Of a stretch of DNA of 64,000 nucleotides, positions 10,361 to 18,371 are shown piece after piece. Both the position numbers and the translations under genes were made by a program. Every line of letters begins with the position of its first letter. The first letter of the stretch is position 1. Origin of the DNA: Bryobacterales bacterium. GTDB lineage: Bacteria > Acidobacteriota > Terriglobia > Bryobacterales > Bryobacteraceae. The stretch is from contig CAVVNE010000025.1 in NCBI GenBank assembly GCA_963749245.1, forward strand, positions 9,621 to 73,620, in the 5' to 3' direction. The notes below the pieces were generated by a model that saw only the letters and a program-made list of their open reading frames with translations, was not told where the DNA came from and made no database searches.

Positions 10361-11763
10361 GAACGCTGGTTGTCCTGCTGGCCGCTGCTTCGCTCGCATT
10401 CGGGCAGGCGAAACTGCCGCAATACACGAAAGAGACGCTGCCCAACGGCGTGGGAATCGCCATGATGCCGCGCGCGGGTGTGCCACTGGTGCATTTCCGG
10501 GTGCTGATTAAGGGCGGCGTCGAATCGGATCCGCCGGACATGGCGGGCCTGGCGAACGTCACGTCCAGCCTGTTGCGGCGCGGGACAGTGAAGCGCTCCG
10601 CGGAGCAGTTTGCCGAGGAGCTGGACTTTTTAGGCGGCACCTTCGGCGCCTCCGGGCAGGGCGGACGCGGCGGGGGCGGCGGTGGAGGGCTCGATTCGGC
10701 GACCGCGATTTCGGCGGAATTCCTGAGCAAGGATTTCGACGCCGGGCTCGACCTTCTCTCGGACGCAATCCTGCATCCTGCATTCACCGAGAGCGAAGTG
10801 CGCAAGGAACTCGCTCGAAGAGTCGATAGCGCGAAGTCGATGAAGGACAACGCGCAGGCTTCGATCGGTTCCTATTTCCGGGCGGCGTTTTTCGGCCCCG
10901 CGCACCCGTATGGCCATCCGCCGGATGAGATGACCTACGCAAAAATTGCGCGTAAGGATATTGTCGGGTATCACGACAAGTTTTACATCGGGAAGAACAT
11001 GCTGATCGTGGTGACGGGCGATTTTAATCCGGCCGCCGCGAAGGCGAAGCTGGCGCAAGTGTTCGGCGCAGCGCCGGCGGGCGCGGCTTATCCGTGGGGA
11101 AAGGCTCCCGCGCTGGCGCGGCGCGGGCAGATGCTGCTGATCGACAAGCCCGACGCCACGCAAACCTATTTTGAGATCGGGCAGCCAGGCATCGACATCA
11201 AGAATCCAGACCGCACGACGCTGGAGATTATCAACACGCTCTTCGGTGGGCGATTCACTTCGATGCTCAACGACGCGTTGCGCGTGAATTCGGGCTTGAC
11301 CTATGGCGCCAGTTCGCAGTTGGAGCAGAACCGCCTGCCGGGGGCGATCGTGATCAGCACGTATACGAAAACGGACTCGACGACGCAGGCGATCGACATG
11401 GCGCTCGACGTATTGAAACGGCTGAATGAAAAAGGAATCACGGCCGAGCAACTGGCGTCGGCGAAAGCCTATGTGAAGGGCCTGTATCCGACCAGGCGTC
11501 TCGAAACCATGGACCAACTGGCGGCGCTGATCGGAGAGATCGAACTGTATGGACTCGGTCGCGACGAAGTGGACGGTTATTTCGCGCGCATCGACGCGAT
11601 CACGCTCGATCAGGCCAACGCGACTATAAAGAAGTATTACCAGACGGGCGATCTAACGTTCGTGATTCTGGGGGCGGCGGATAAGATCCGCGAGCAAGTG
11701 AAGAAATACGATCCGCACGCGACGGAATTGTCGATCAAGGCTGCCGGATGGGGGGATCGTTGA
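10357..11763 (+). CDS. M16 family peptidase-like, non-catalytic partner subunit
   Basis: M16 fold-like sequence without HxxEH. Translationally coupled to 9035..10360. Contains the insert GQGGRGGGGGGGL. Confidence 0.85.
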   Translation: MRTLVVLLAAASLAFGQAKLPQYTKETLPNGVGIAMMPRAGVPLVHFRVLIKGGVESDPPDMAGLANVTSSLLRRGTVKRSAEQFAEELDFLGGTFGASGQGGRGGGGGGGLDSATAISAEFLSKDFDAGLDLLSDAILHPAFTESEVRKELARRVDSAKSMKDNAQASIGSYFRAAFFGPAHPYGHPPDEMTYAKIARKDIVGYHDKFYIGKNMLIVVTGDFNPAAAKAKLAQVFGAAPAGAAYPWGKAPALARRGQMLLIDKPDATQTYFEIGQPGIDIKNPDRTTLEIINTLFGGRFTSMLNDALRVNSGLTYGASSQLEQNRLPGAIVISTYTKTDSTTQAIDMALDVLKRLNEKGITAEQLASAKAYVKGLYPTRRLETMDQLAALIGEIELYGLGRDEVDGYFARIDAITLDQANATIKKYYQTGDLTFVILGAADKIREQVKKYDPHATELSIKAAGWGDR

Positions 11764-11860
11764 GGAGTCTTATCCGCAAGTAAGGTGTAGGCGGGCCGCT
11801 CTTTCCGGGGTTTATGCTTGACTTACGCTTCTTTAGCCGCGTAATCTGAGGCTTCTGCGA

Positions 11861-12379
11861 ATGTTCCGAATAGTGCTTGCTTCGATTGCGATCCTTTGGG
11901 TTTGTCTGTGCGGCTGCGCCCCGCCGCAATTCGGGGAAGGCACCGTCAAGGGAATTCTGGAGGGAGGTCCCATCACTCTCAACAATGAACAGGTGCTGCT
12001 CAGCGAACAGCAGTTGCTTTGCGGAGCGAAGGACGAATTGTGGGATCCTCCGAGCGGCAACATGGCGAGGTTGACGCAAAGGGCCAGAGACTTGAAATTC
12101 AACGACGACGTCCGGCTGAACGATCCCGACATTCATCAGCCCTACGCGCAGGTGAGTGGAACATTTGCAGTGAACGTTCACGATGTGTCGAAGGTCCGTG
12201 ACGACAACGGGGGCAAACTGGCCGACGTGAAGCTGGGAGTGGTGATCGAGCACGAGTGCTTCACAACGCCTCTCCCGTTAATGGGGGTCCGGAAAGGCAA
12301 ATTCACGCCGGAGGCTTCCGTGGTGTTCCGGTTCACTGGGAGCGACGGGGCGTATACTCTCGACAAGCTGATTCACTGA
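11861..12379 (+). CDS. hypothetical lipoprotein
   Basis: N-terminus MFRIVLASIAILWVCLCGCAPP has a lipobox-like LCGC. No family recognised. Confidence 0.55.
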   Translation: MFRIVLASIAILWVCLCGCAPPQFGEGTVKGILEGGPITLNNEQVLLSEQQLLCGAKDELWDPPSGNMARLTQRARDLKFNDDVRLNDPDIHQPYAQVSGTFAVNVHDVSKVRDDNGGKLADVKLGVVIEHECFTTPLPLMGVRKGKFTPEASVVFRFTGSDGAYTLDKLIH

Positions 12380-12411
12380 GAGATATCTTGCGATCGGCCG
12401 GTGGGTTGAGG

Positions 12412-12443
12412 GTCCCGCTGTGAAAATGTCCCGTTGTGAAAAT
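12412..12443. repeat. 16-bp tandem duplication GTCCCG(C/T)TGTGAAAAT x2
   Basis: 12412-12427 and 12428-12443 differ at one base. Lies between convergent gene ends. Confidence 0.8.
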
Positions 12444-12454
12444 TCCAAACGCGA

Positions 12455-13516
12455 TTACGGCCGGATCGCCCCGCAACCCGCCAGCAACACCGGATTGCAC
12501 CGAGCGACCGCGCCATTCGGAAAATTGACGGAGTAGTCAGTCCACTTCGATTTTTCGTGGAAGTAATAATCGCTGCTCAGGATCTGCGCGCCGCTCGCCA
12601 TCGCCGCATCGCGCATCTTGGTGTCCCCGCTCCGGGCCTGCACCGTATCGGCATCCGTCCGCGTGCGAACCAAATAACCCTTTTTCACTAATCCGGGAAT
12701 CAACGCAGGATCTTTCAACGGATCGTTGACCTCGATAAAGGCCGCATCGGCCGATCCCGGTTCCGCATTCGTAAAAATCACCCGCCCCCGCAACGACGGA
12801 TGACCTTCCAGGTAATGCGGACCCTCCCGGCGCTGGTCGAGAAGAAAAATCAGCTTGCCGCGCGCCGATTCCAGCGTCGGCCAGCCGCCGGCAAGGACTA
12901 CGTCTTCGAGCCTCGGCAGTTTGCCGCGAACGTCGTCGGGAATAATCATTTTGTTCGCGGGAATCACGGACCGAATTTCTTTGTCTAAATCGTCGAACAA
13001 GGCCGGCGTGAACTTCAGCGGCTCCACCTGCCAGTCGCGCGACTTTCCATCTTTCGTCTCGATCAACACAAAAATCGGCAGATGCCCCGGATGCGCCTTC
13101 GACCAGTTTAGGATCACCGCCAGACATCCGGTGAACGGCTGGCAGTTGCTTCGATAATCGATGTCCTCAGCATGCATCACTTTGAAACCGGGCTTCAGAA
13201 ATAGCTCCTTGGGATCGAACGGAGGATCGGCAGGCAGTCCCGCGTCGGCGACAAACTTCAAATTCGCCGGATGCGCATAGCGTCCGCCCTCGGGGTCCGC
13301 GTAGACGTCGATTTCCAACTGCCGCACGCCGCTCGAAAGCTGGACATCGAGCGCGGGATGATGATAATCGAGCGACGCCGCGGACCTCGGGTTCAACTTT
13401 GTAAGCCACTCGGTCTCGCTGGGAGCCATCCCCAGGTGATAACTGTTATGGCTGCCGATCACCTGAATCTGGTTCAGACGAATCTGCCCCTGCGCCGCCG
13501 CGCAGAGAAACATCAC
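12455..13516 (-). CDS. Ca2+-dependent phosphoinositide-specific phospholipase C-like protein
   Basis: VIGSHNSYH near the N-terminus, and overall resemblance to the PI-PLC X-box-like bacterial family. Only a very short N-terminal hydrophobic stretch (GTG 13516 / ATG 13513). Confidence 0.65.
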   Translation of the reverse strand: MMFLCAAAQGQIRLNQIQVIGSHNSYHLGMAPSETEWLTKLNPRSAASLDYHHPALDVQLSSGVRQLEIDVYADPEGGRYAHPANLKFVADAGLPADPPFDPKELFLKPGFKVMHAEDIDYRSNCQPFTGCLAVILNWSKAHPGHLPIFVLIETKDGKSRDWQVEPLKFTPALFDDLDKEIRSVIPANKMIIPDDVRGKLPRLEDVVLAGGWPTLESARGKLIFLLDQRREGPHYLEGHPSLRGRVIFTNAEPGSADAAFIEVNDPLKDPALIPGLVKKGYLVRTRTDADTVQARSGDTKMRDAAMASGAQILSSDYYFHEKSKWTDYSVNFPNGAVARCNPVLLAGCGAIRP

Positions 13517-13529
13517 CGTTAAGGGAGCC

Positions 13530-13646
13530 CTAAAATTCGTCCTCGGCCTCTTTCTTTTTCTTCCCTTTACGCCGGATGATGATGATCGCGACGCAGGCCA
13601 CCATCAGAACTCCGGCCACGATCTGCACTACAGTTTGAGCTTCCAC
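13530..13646 (-). CDS. candidate 38-aa single-pass membrane protein (below the ORF-track cutoff)
   Basis: GTG at 13646 lies 1 nt after the mdh stop, preceded by GGGAG (6-nt spacer). Translation: VEAQTVVQIVAGVLMVACVAIIIIRRKGKKKKEAEDEF, i.e. a TM helix, then a Lys-rich patch, then an acidic tail. Confidence 0.35.
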   Translation of the reverse strand: MEAQTVVQIVAGVLMVACVAIIIIRRKGKKKKEAEDEF

Positions 13647-13647
13647 G

Positions 13648-14586
13648 TTATGCTCCCATTTTGGTTTTAAGCACGCCCACCAACTCCTCCACCGCCGCCG
13701 CGCTCTTCGCCAACATCGCCTTCTCCTCGCCCGTCAGCTGGATCTCGTAGATCTTCTCGATGCCCTTCGATCCCAGCTTCACCGGCACACCGACAAACAA
13801 CCCGTGCACGCCATATTCGCCTTCGAGCAGCGCCGCGCAGGGCAGAACCTTTTTCTTATCTTTCAAAATCGACTCGACCATTTCGACAGCCGCGGCCGAC
13901 GGCGCATAATACGCACTGCCCGTTTTCAGATATTTCACGATCTCCGCTCCGCCCGTGCGCGTGCGGTCGACGAGTTTGTCGATGGTCGCCTGATCCATCA
14001 ACTCTGTCAACGGAATGCCGGAGACGCTCGACAGGCGGACGATCGGGACCATGGTGTCGCCGTGGCCGCCCAAAACAACCGCCGTAACATTTTCAACCGA
14101 AACGTTCAGTTCCGCCGCGATAAACGTGCGAAAACGCGCCGTATCCAAAACGCCCGCCATGCCGATGACGCGGTGTTTGGGGAATTTCGAAACCTGGTGC
14201 GCGGTCCAGCACATGGCGTCCAAAGGATTCGTCACCAGCACCAGAATCGAATTCGGCGAATGCTGCACCACTTTTTCGGTGACCCCTTTCACCACGTCGT
14301 AATTGGCGAAAAGAAGATCGTCGCGGCTCATTCCCGGTTTGCGGGCCAGGCCCGCCGTGATGACCACCACGTCCGAGTTCGCCGTCGCCTCATAATCGTT
14401 CGCGCCGGTAATGGTGACGTCATAGCCTTCAATCGGGCCCGATTGCAGCATGTCCAGTCCCTTGCCCTGCGGCACACCCTCCACCACATCGACCAGAACA
14501 ACGTCGGCCAGCTCTTTAAACGCGAGGTTCATGGCGCAGCTCGCGCCCACGTTGCCCCCGCCCACTACGGTTACTTTATTGCGCAT
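13648..14586 (-). CDS. mdh: malate dehydrogenase (LDH-like type)
   Basis: [56 protein letters not shown]. Confidence 0.95.
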   Translation of the reverse strand: MRNKVTVVGGGNVGASCAMNLAFKELADVVLVDVVEGVPQGKGLDMLQSGPIEGYDVTITGANDYEATANSDVVVITAGLARKPGMSRDDLLFANYDVVKGVTEKVVQHSPNSILVLVTNPLDAMCWTAHQVSKFPKHRVIGMAGVLDTARFRTFIAAELNVSVENVTAVVLGGHGDTMVPIVRLSSVSGIPLTELMDQATIDKLVDRTRTGGAEIVKYLKTGSAYYAPSAAAVEMVESILKDKKKVLPCAALLEGEYGVHGLFVGVPVKLGSKGIEKIYEIQLTGEEKAMLAKSAAAVEELVGVLKTKMGA

Positions 14587-14612
14587 AGAAGTGCGATTAT
14601 AACGTACTGCGT

Positions 14613-15050
14613 ATGTACTACGAAGACTACACGATCGATGAAGTCCGCACCTCGCGCGGCCGCACCATTACCGAAGCCGATATCGTCAACTTCGCCGGCC
14701 TCTCCGGCGATTTTGTCGAGCTTCACATGAACGAGGAGTACGCCCGCAAGGGGCCTTTTGGAAAACGCATCGCCCACGGCGCGTTGATCTTCTCCATCTC
14801 CACCGGGTTGATGGTGCAGATGACGTCCAACCAGGAAGCCATCGTCGCCTTTCGCGGCGTCGACCAATTGCGCTTCGTCGCGCCCGTGTTTATCGGCGAT
14901 ACGATTCACGTCTCCAAAAAGACCATCGATAAACAGACCAAGGACGGCGTCCGCGGCCTGGTGGCGTTCGAAACCACGGTGCTGAACCAGGACGGCAAGC
15001 CCGTCCTTACTTATATAGACCGGCTCATGGTGAAATGCGGACCGCGTTAA
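14613..15050 (+). CDS. MaoC-like (R-specific enoyl-CoA) dehydratase
   Basis: Single hot-dog fold. [28 protein letters not shown]. Confidence 0.85.
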   Translation: MYYEDYTIDEVRTSRGRTITEADIVNFAGLSGDFVELHMNEEYARKGPFGKRIAHGALIFSISTGLMVQMTSNQEAIVAFRGVDQLRFVAPVFIGDTIHVSKKTIDKQTKDGVRGLVAFETTVLNQDGKPVLTYIDRLMVKCGPR

Positions 15051-16003
15051 AGGGCATTCGTGTTCTCGACCTGACGCGCCTGCTCCCCGGGGCGGTCGCC
15101 ACCGAATGGCTGGCCGAGTTCGGCGCGGAAGTCGTCAAGATCGAGCAGCCTCCGGCCGGCGATTACGCGCGCGCCAGCTATACCGCGCTGTTCGAGGAAA
15201 CCAATCGTGGAAAGAAGAGCGTCACGCTGGATTTGAAAACTCAGAAAGACTCGTTTTTGAAACTCGTCGCGACCGCCGACGTGGTGGTCGAAGGATTTCG
15301 CCCGGGTGTCATGGAAAGGCTCGGGCTGGGCTACGGGGTTTTGTGCGAAACGAACCCAAAATTGATCTACGTCGCGCTCACCGGTTACGGGAGCGACGGG
15401 CCTCATACACTGTTGGCCGGTCACGATGTAAACTATCTCGCGCTGTCCGGTGTGCTCGATCTGATCCGGGCTGAGGACGGGACGCCCGTGATCCCCGGCG
15501 TGCAGATCGCCGATCTGGCCGGCGGATCGATGCAGGCGGTCATCGGGATTCTGTTGGCGCTGGAGGCTCGCCACCAAAGCGGGCTCGGCCAGAGAGTGGA
15601 TATTTCGATGACGGACGGTTTGAACGTGCTTCTGCCGGTGGCGCGCGCGAATGGGCCGGTGAAGCTGTTAAGCGGAAGCTATGCCTGCTATCGCGTGTAC
15701 AGGGCGGCCGGGGATTCGTTCCTTGCGGTGGGGGCGCTGGAGCCGAAATTTTGGGCGAATTTGTGCAAGGAGCTTGGGTGCGAGGACTTGATCGACAAGC
15801 AGTTTGCGGCGGATCAGGCTGCTGTGATTGACGGCGTGGCGAAGATATTTGCGACGGCGACTGCGGAGGAGTGGTTTCAACGGATCGGCGAAAAGGACTG
15901 TTGCGCAACGCCTGTTCGCACCGCAGCGCATGGCGCTGCGCCACATGGACAGAGCCTTGGGCCCGCGCCGCGGCTGGGGGAACATAACGGAGAGTTTCTA
16001 TGA
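15035..16003 (+). CDS. family III CoA-transferase (CaiB/BaiF)
   Basis: [33 protein letters not shown], and C-terminal PAPRLGEHNGEFL. Overlaps both neighbours. Confidence 0.85.
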   Translation: MRTALKGIRVLDLTRLLPGAVATEWLAEFGAEVVKIEQPPAGDYARASYTALFEETNRGKKSVTLDLKTQKDSFLKLVATADVVVEGFRPGVMERLGLGYGVLCETNPKLIYVALTGYGSDGPHTLLAGHDVNYLALSGVLDLIRAEDGTPVIPGVQIADLAGGSMQAVIGILLALEARHQSGLGQRVDISMTDGLNVLLPVARANGPVKLLSGSYACYRVYRAAGDSFLAVGALEPKFWANLCKELGCEDLIDKQFAADQAAVIDGVAKIFATATAEEWFQRIGEKDCCATPVRTAAHGAAPHGQSLGPAPRLGEHNGEFL

Positions 16004-17451
16004 ACGTGCTGTACGCGCTTCGTCGCGCGAATCGGTTTTTCGGGTCGAATCCGGCCAGCGGTGGATACACATGGATCGAGTTTTACGACCGCGTCCATCG
16101 CCGCGCGGCGTTTCTGCGGGGCGCGGGAATCGAGAAGGGCGACCGCCTGGCCGTCTGGATGCTGAACTCGCACGACTATCTGGAACTTTACTTCGCAACC
16201 GCGATTGCGGGCATCGCTATCGTGCCGGTTAATACTCGCTGGAACGATGCCGACGTGGATTTCACGCTGTCCGATTCCGAGGCGAAGGCGCTGGCTGTGG
16301 ATGAATGTTTTGCCTGTCGGGCCCCCGAGCTGAAGAACGCGCCCAGGATTCTTTCAAAGCCGGAATACAGCGATTCGCCGGTAGCCTTCGACGAGCCGGA
16401 CGACGACGACCTGGTCGGCTTGTTTTACACCAGCGGCACCACCGGCGGGCCGAAGGGAGTCATGCTGACTCATAGAAACCTGTGGTCGAATGCGTTGTTT
16501 ACGCTGATGGCTACAGGCATCGAGCAAGGGGTCTGGCTGCATGCGGCGCCGATGTTCCACCTGGCCGACGTCTGGTCGAATTACGTGGTGAGCGCGCTGG
16601 GCGGCGAGAACGCCTACTTGCCCAGCTTCGATCCGGAAGCCTTCCTCCGCATGGTGGAAACCCACGGGGTTACGGATACCGTGATCGTGCCGACGATGAT
16701 CAACATGGTTCTGAATCATCCGAGGTTCGCAAAAACCAATCTCTCCAGCTTGCGCCGCATCCTTTATGGCGCGTCGCCGATGCCGGGGCCTCTTATCGAT
16801 CTCGCCATGCGCAAGCTTCCCCACGTCCAATTCTTTCAGGCCTACGGGATGACGGAAACCAGTCCCATGATTACCATCCTGCATCACGACGATCACCGTG
16901 GAGCAACGCTCGCCGCAGCGGGCAAGCCGGTAATGGGGGTCGAGGCCCGCGTAGTGGATTTCAACGACCGCGAAGTTCCGGTGGGCGAGTGCGGCGAAGT
17001 GGTTGCGCGCGGCGCGAACGTGATGAAGGGCTACTGGAAGAGGCCGGAGATCACCAAAGACGCTCTGCGCGGCGGTTGGATGCATACCGGCGACCTCGGG
17101 CGGTTCGATGAAGACGGGTTCCTTTACATCCTCGACCGCAAGAAGGACATGATCAAGCCGGGCGGCGAGAACGTCTATTCGCCGGAGGTCGAGTCGATGA
17201 TTCTGGGGCATCCCGCGGTGCTGGAAGCGTCAGTGATCGGCGTGCATCATGAAAAATGGGGCGAGACGATTCGCGCGGTGGTGGTGTGCCGGCCGGAACA
17301 CGCGATCGACGAGATGGAGTTGATCGCCTGGTGCCGGGAACGGATGACGCACTTCAAATGTCCGACGTCGGTTGTGGTGGTCGACGCGCTGCCCAAGGGA
17401 GGCACCGGCAAAATCCAAAAGAACGTCCTCCGCGAACGTTATGGTGCCTAA
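16000..17451 (+). CDS. AMP-dependent acyl-CoA synthetase/ligase
   Basis: LFYTSGTTGGPKGVMLTHRN, YGMTETSP, TGDLGRFDEDGFLYILDRKKDMIK. Confidence 0.9.
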   Translation: MNVLYALRRANRFFGSNPASGGYTWIEFYDRVHRRAAFLRGAGIEKGDRLAVWMLNSHDYLELYFATAIAGIAIVPVNTRWNDADVDFTLSDSEAKALAVDECFACRAPELKNAPRILSKPEYSDSPVAFDEPDDDDLVGLFYTSGTTGGPKGVMLTHRNLWSNALFTLMATGIEQGVWLHAAPMFHLADVWSNYVVSALGGENAYLPSFDPEAFLRMVETHGVTDTVIVPTMINMVLNHPRFAKTNLSSLRRILYGASPMPGPLIDLAMRKLPHVQFFQAYGMTETSPMITILHHDDHRGATLAAAGKPVMGVEARVVDFNDREVPVGECGEVVARGANVMKGYWKRPEITKDALRGGWMHTGDLGRFDEDGFLYILDRKKDMIKPGGENVYSPEVESMILGHPAVLEASVIGVHHEKWGETIRAVVVCRPEHAIDEMELIAWCRERMTHFKCPTSVVVVDALPKGGTGKIQKNVLRERYGA

Positions 17452-18305
17452 GCTCACCGAGGCCTTGGCGGCGCGGTTTGCACGCCTGGCTCTGGACTGC
17501 GTGACGCGCGAGTATCCGAACAAAATCGCCCACACCATGCAGTCCGACGCCGACGCTCTCCCGCCGCGCATCTTGACGCCTGCGTTTTACGGCTGCTACG
17601 ATGCATTCAGCCGTCCACGGCCACTGGCTATTGGCGCGGTTGTCGCGCATGTTTCCCGATGCCGATTTCGCAGCGGAGGCGCGCGCGGCTCTAGTGCGGA
17701 ATATCACCGAAGAAAACATCGCAGCCGAAGTGCGGTACCTCAACGACGAAGGCCGCGCGGCGTTCGAACGTCCGTATGGGTTAGCGTGGCTGCTGACGCT
17801 CGCGTCCGAGTTGCAGAGCGAAATCCTGCGCCCTCTGGAAAAAGCCGTGCTGGACCGGTTTTCATCGTGGCTCGAAAAGCTGCCGTACCCGGTGCGGTCG
17901 GGCGAGCACAGCAACACGGCGTTCGCGCTCGGGTTGGTACTGGATTCGCACCGGTGCGAGTTGTTCGAACGCCGCGCTCGTGATTTTTATTTGAATGATC
18001 GCAATGCGCCGGTGGGGTATGAGCCCTCGGGCGAGGATTTTCTTTCGCCGTCGCTGGCCGAAGCAGATGCGATGCGCAGGGTGCTTCCGCCGCCGGAGTT
18101 CGCGGATTGGCTTGCTCGCTTCCTGCCGGACGTGTCGGCTCTGCGCCCAGTCGTTTCGCCCGATCCAAGCGATCCTAAGTTTTCTCATCTGGACGGGTTG
18201 AATTTGAGCCGTGCCTGGATGCTGCGGGGGATCGGCGGACATGAAGGGCTGGCGGAATTGCATGCTCAGGCAGGATTGGCCGCGGTGACGGGCGCGCATT
18301 ACTAG
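17441..18305 (+). pseudogene. DUF2891 family protein, frame broken at about 17598-17603
   Basis: MVPKLTEALAARFARLALDCVTREYPNKIAH..TPAFYGCYD in one frame continues as HSAVHGHWLLARL..FERPYGLAWLL in the next. The span is 865 nt (3n+1). The junction reads GAT-G-CAT where the family has D-W-H. Confidence 0.7.
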
Positions 18306-18371
18306 GGTGCTCACTGGCTGGCGACGTTTGCGGTGTATTTGCTGACGACCTAAAGTGAAGTCAGGTGATCT

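Noticed and set aside
11818-11847. TTGACT-17/18-(G)TAATCT upstream of the lipoprotein gene as a promoter.
   Set aside because: The -10 matches the consensus at only 3 of 6 positions. It is not strong enough to list as a feature.
15880-15990. Possible frame problem in the C-terminal region of the CoA-transferase, where the segment between TPV and PAPRLGEH looks short.
   Set aside because: The terminal PAPRLGEHNGEFL motif is in the same frame as the N-terminal domain. Length variation in this loop is common. There is no positive evidence for an indel.
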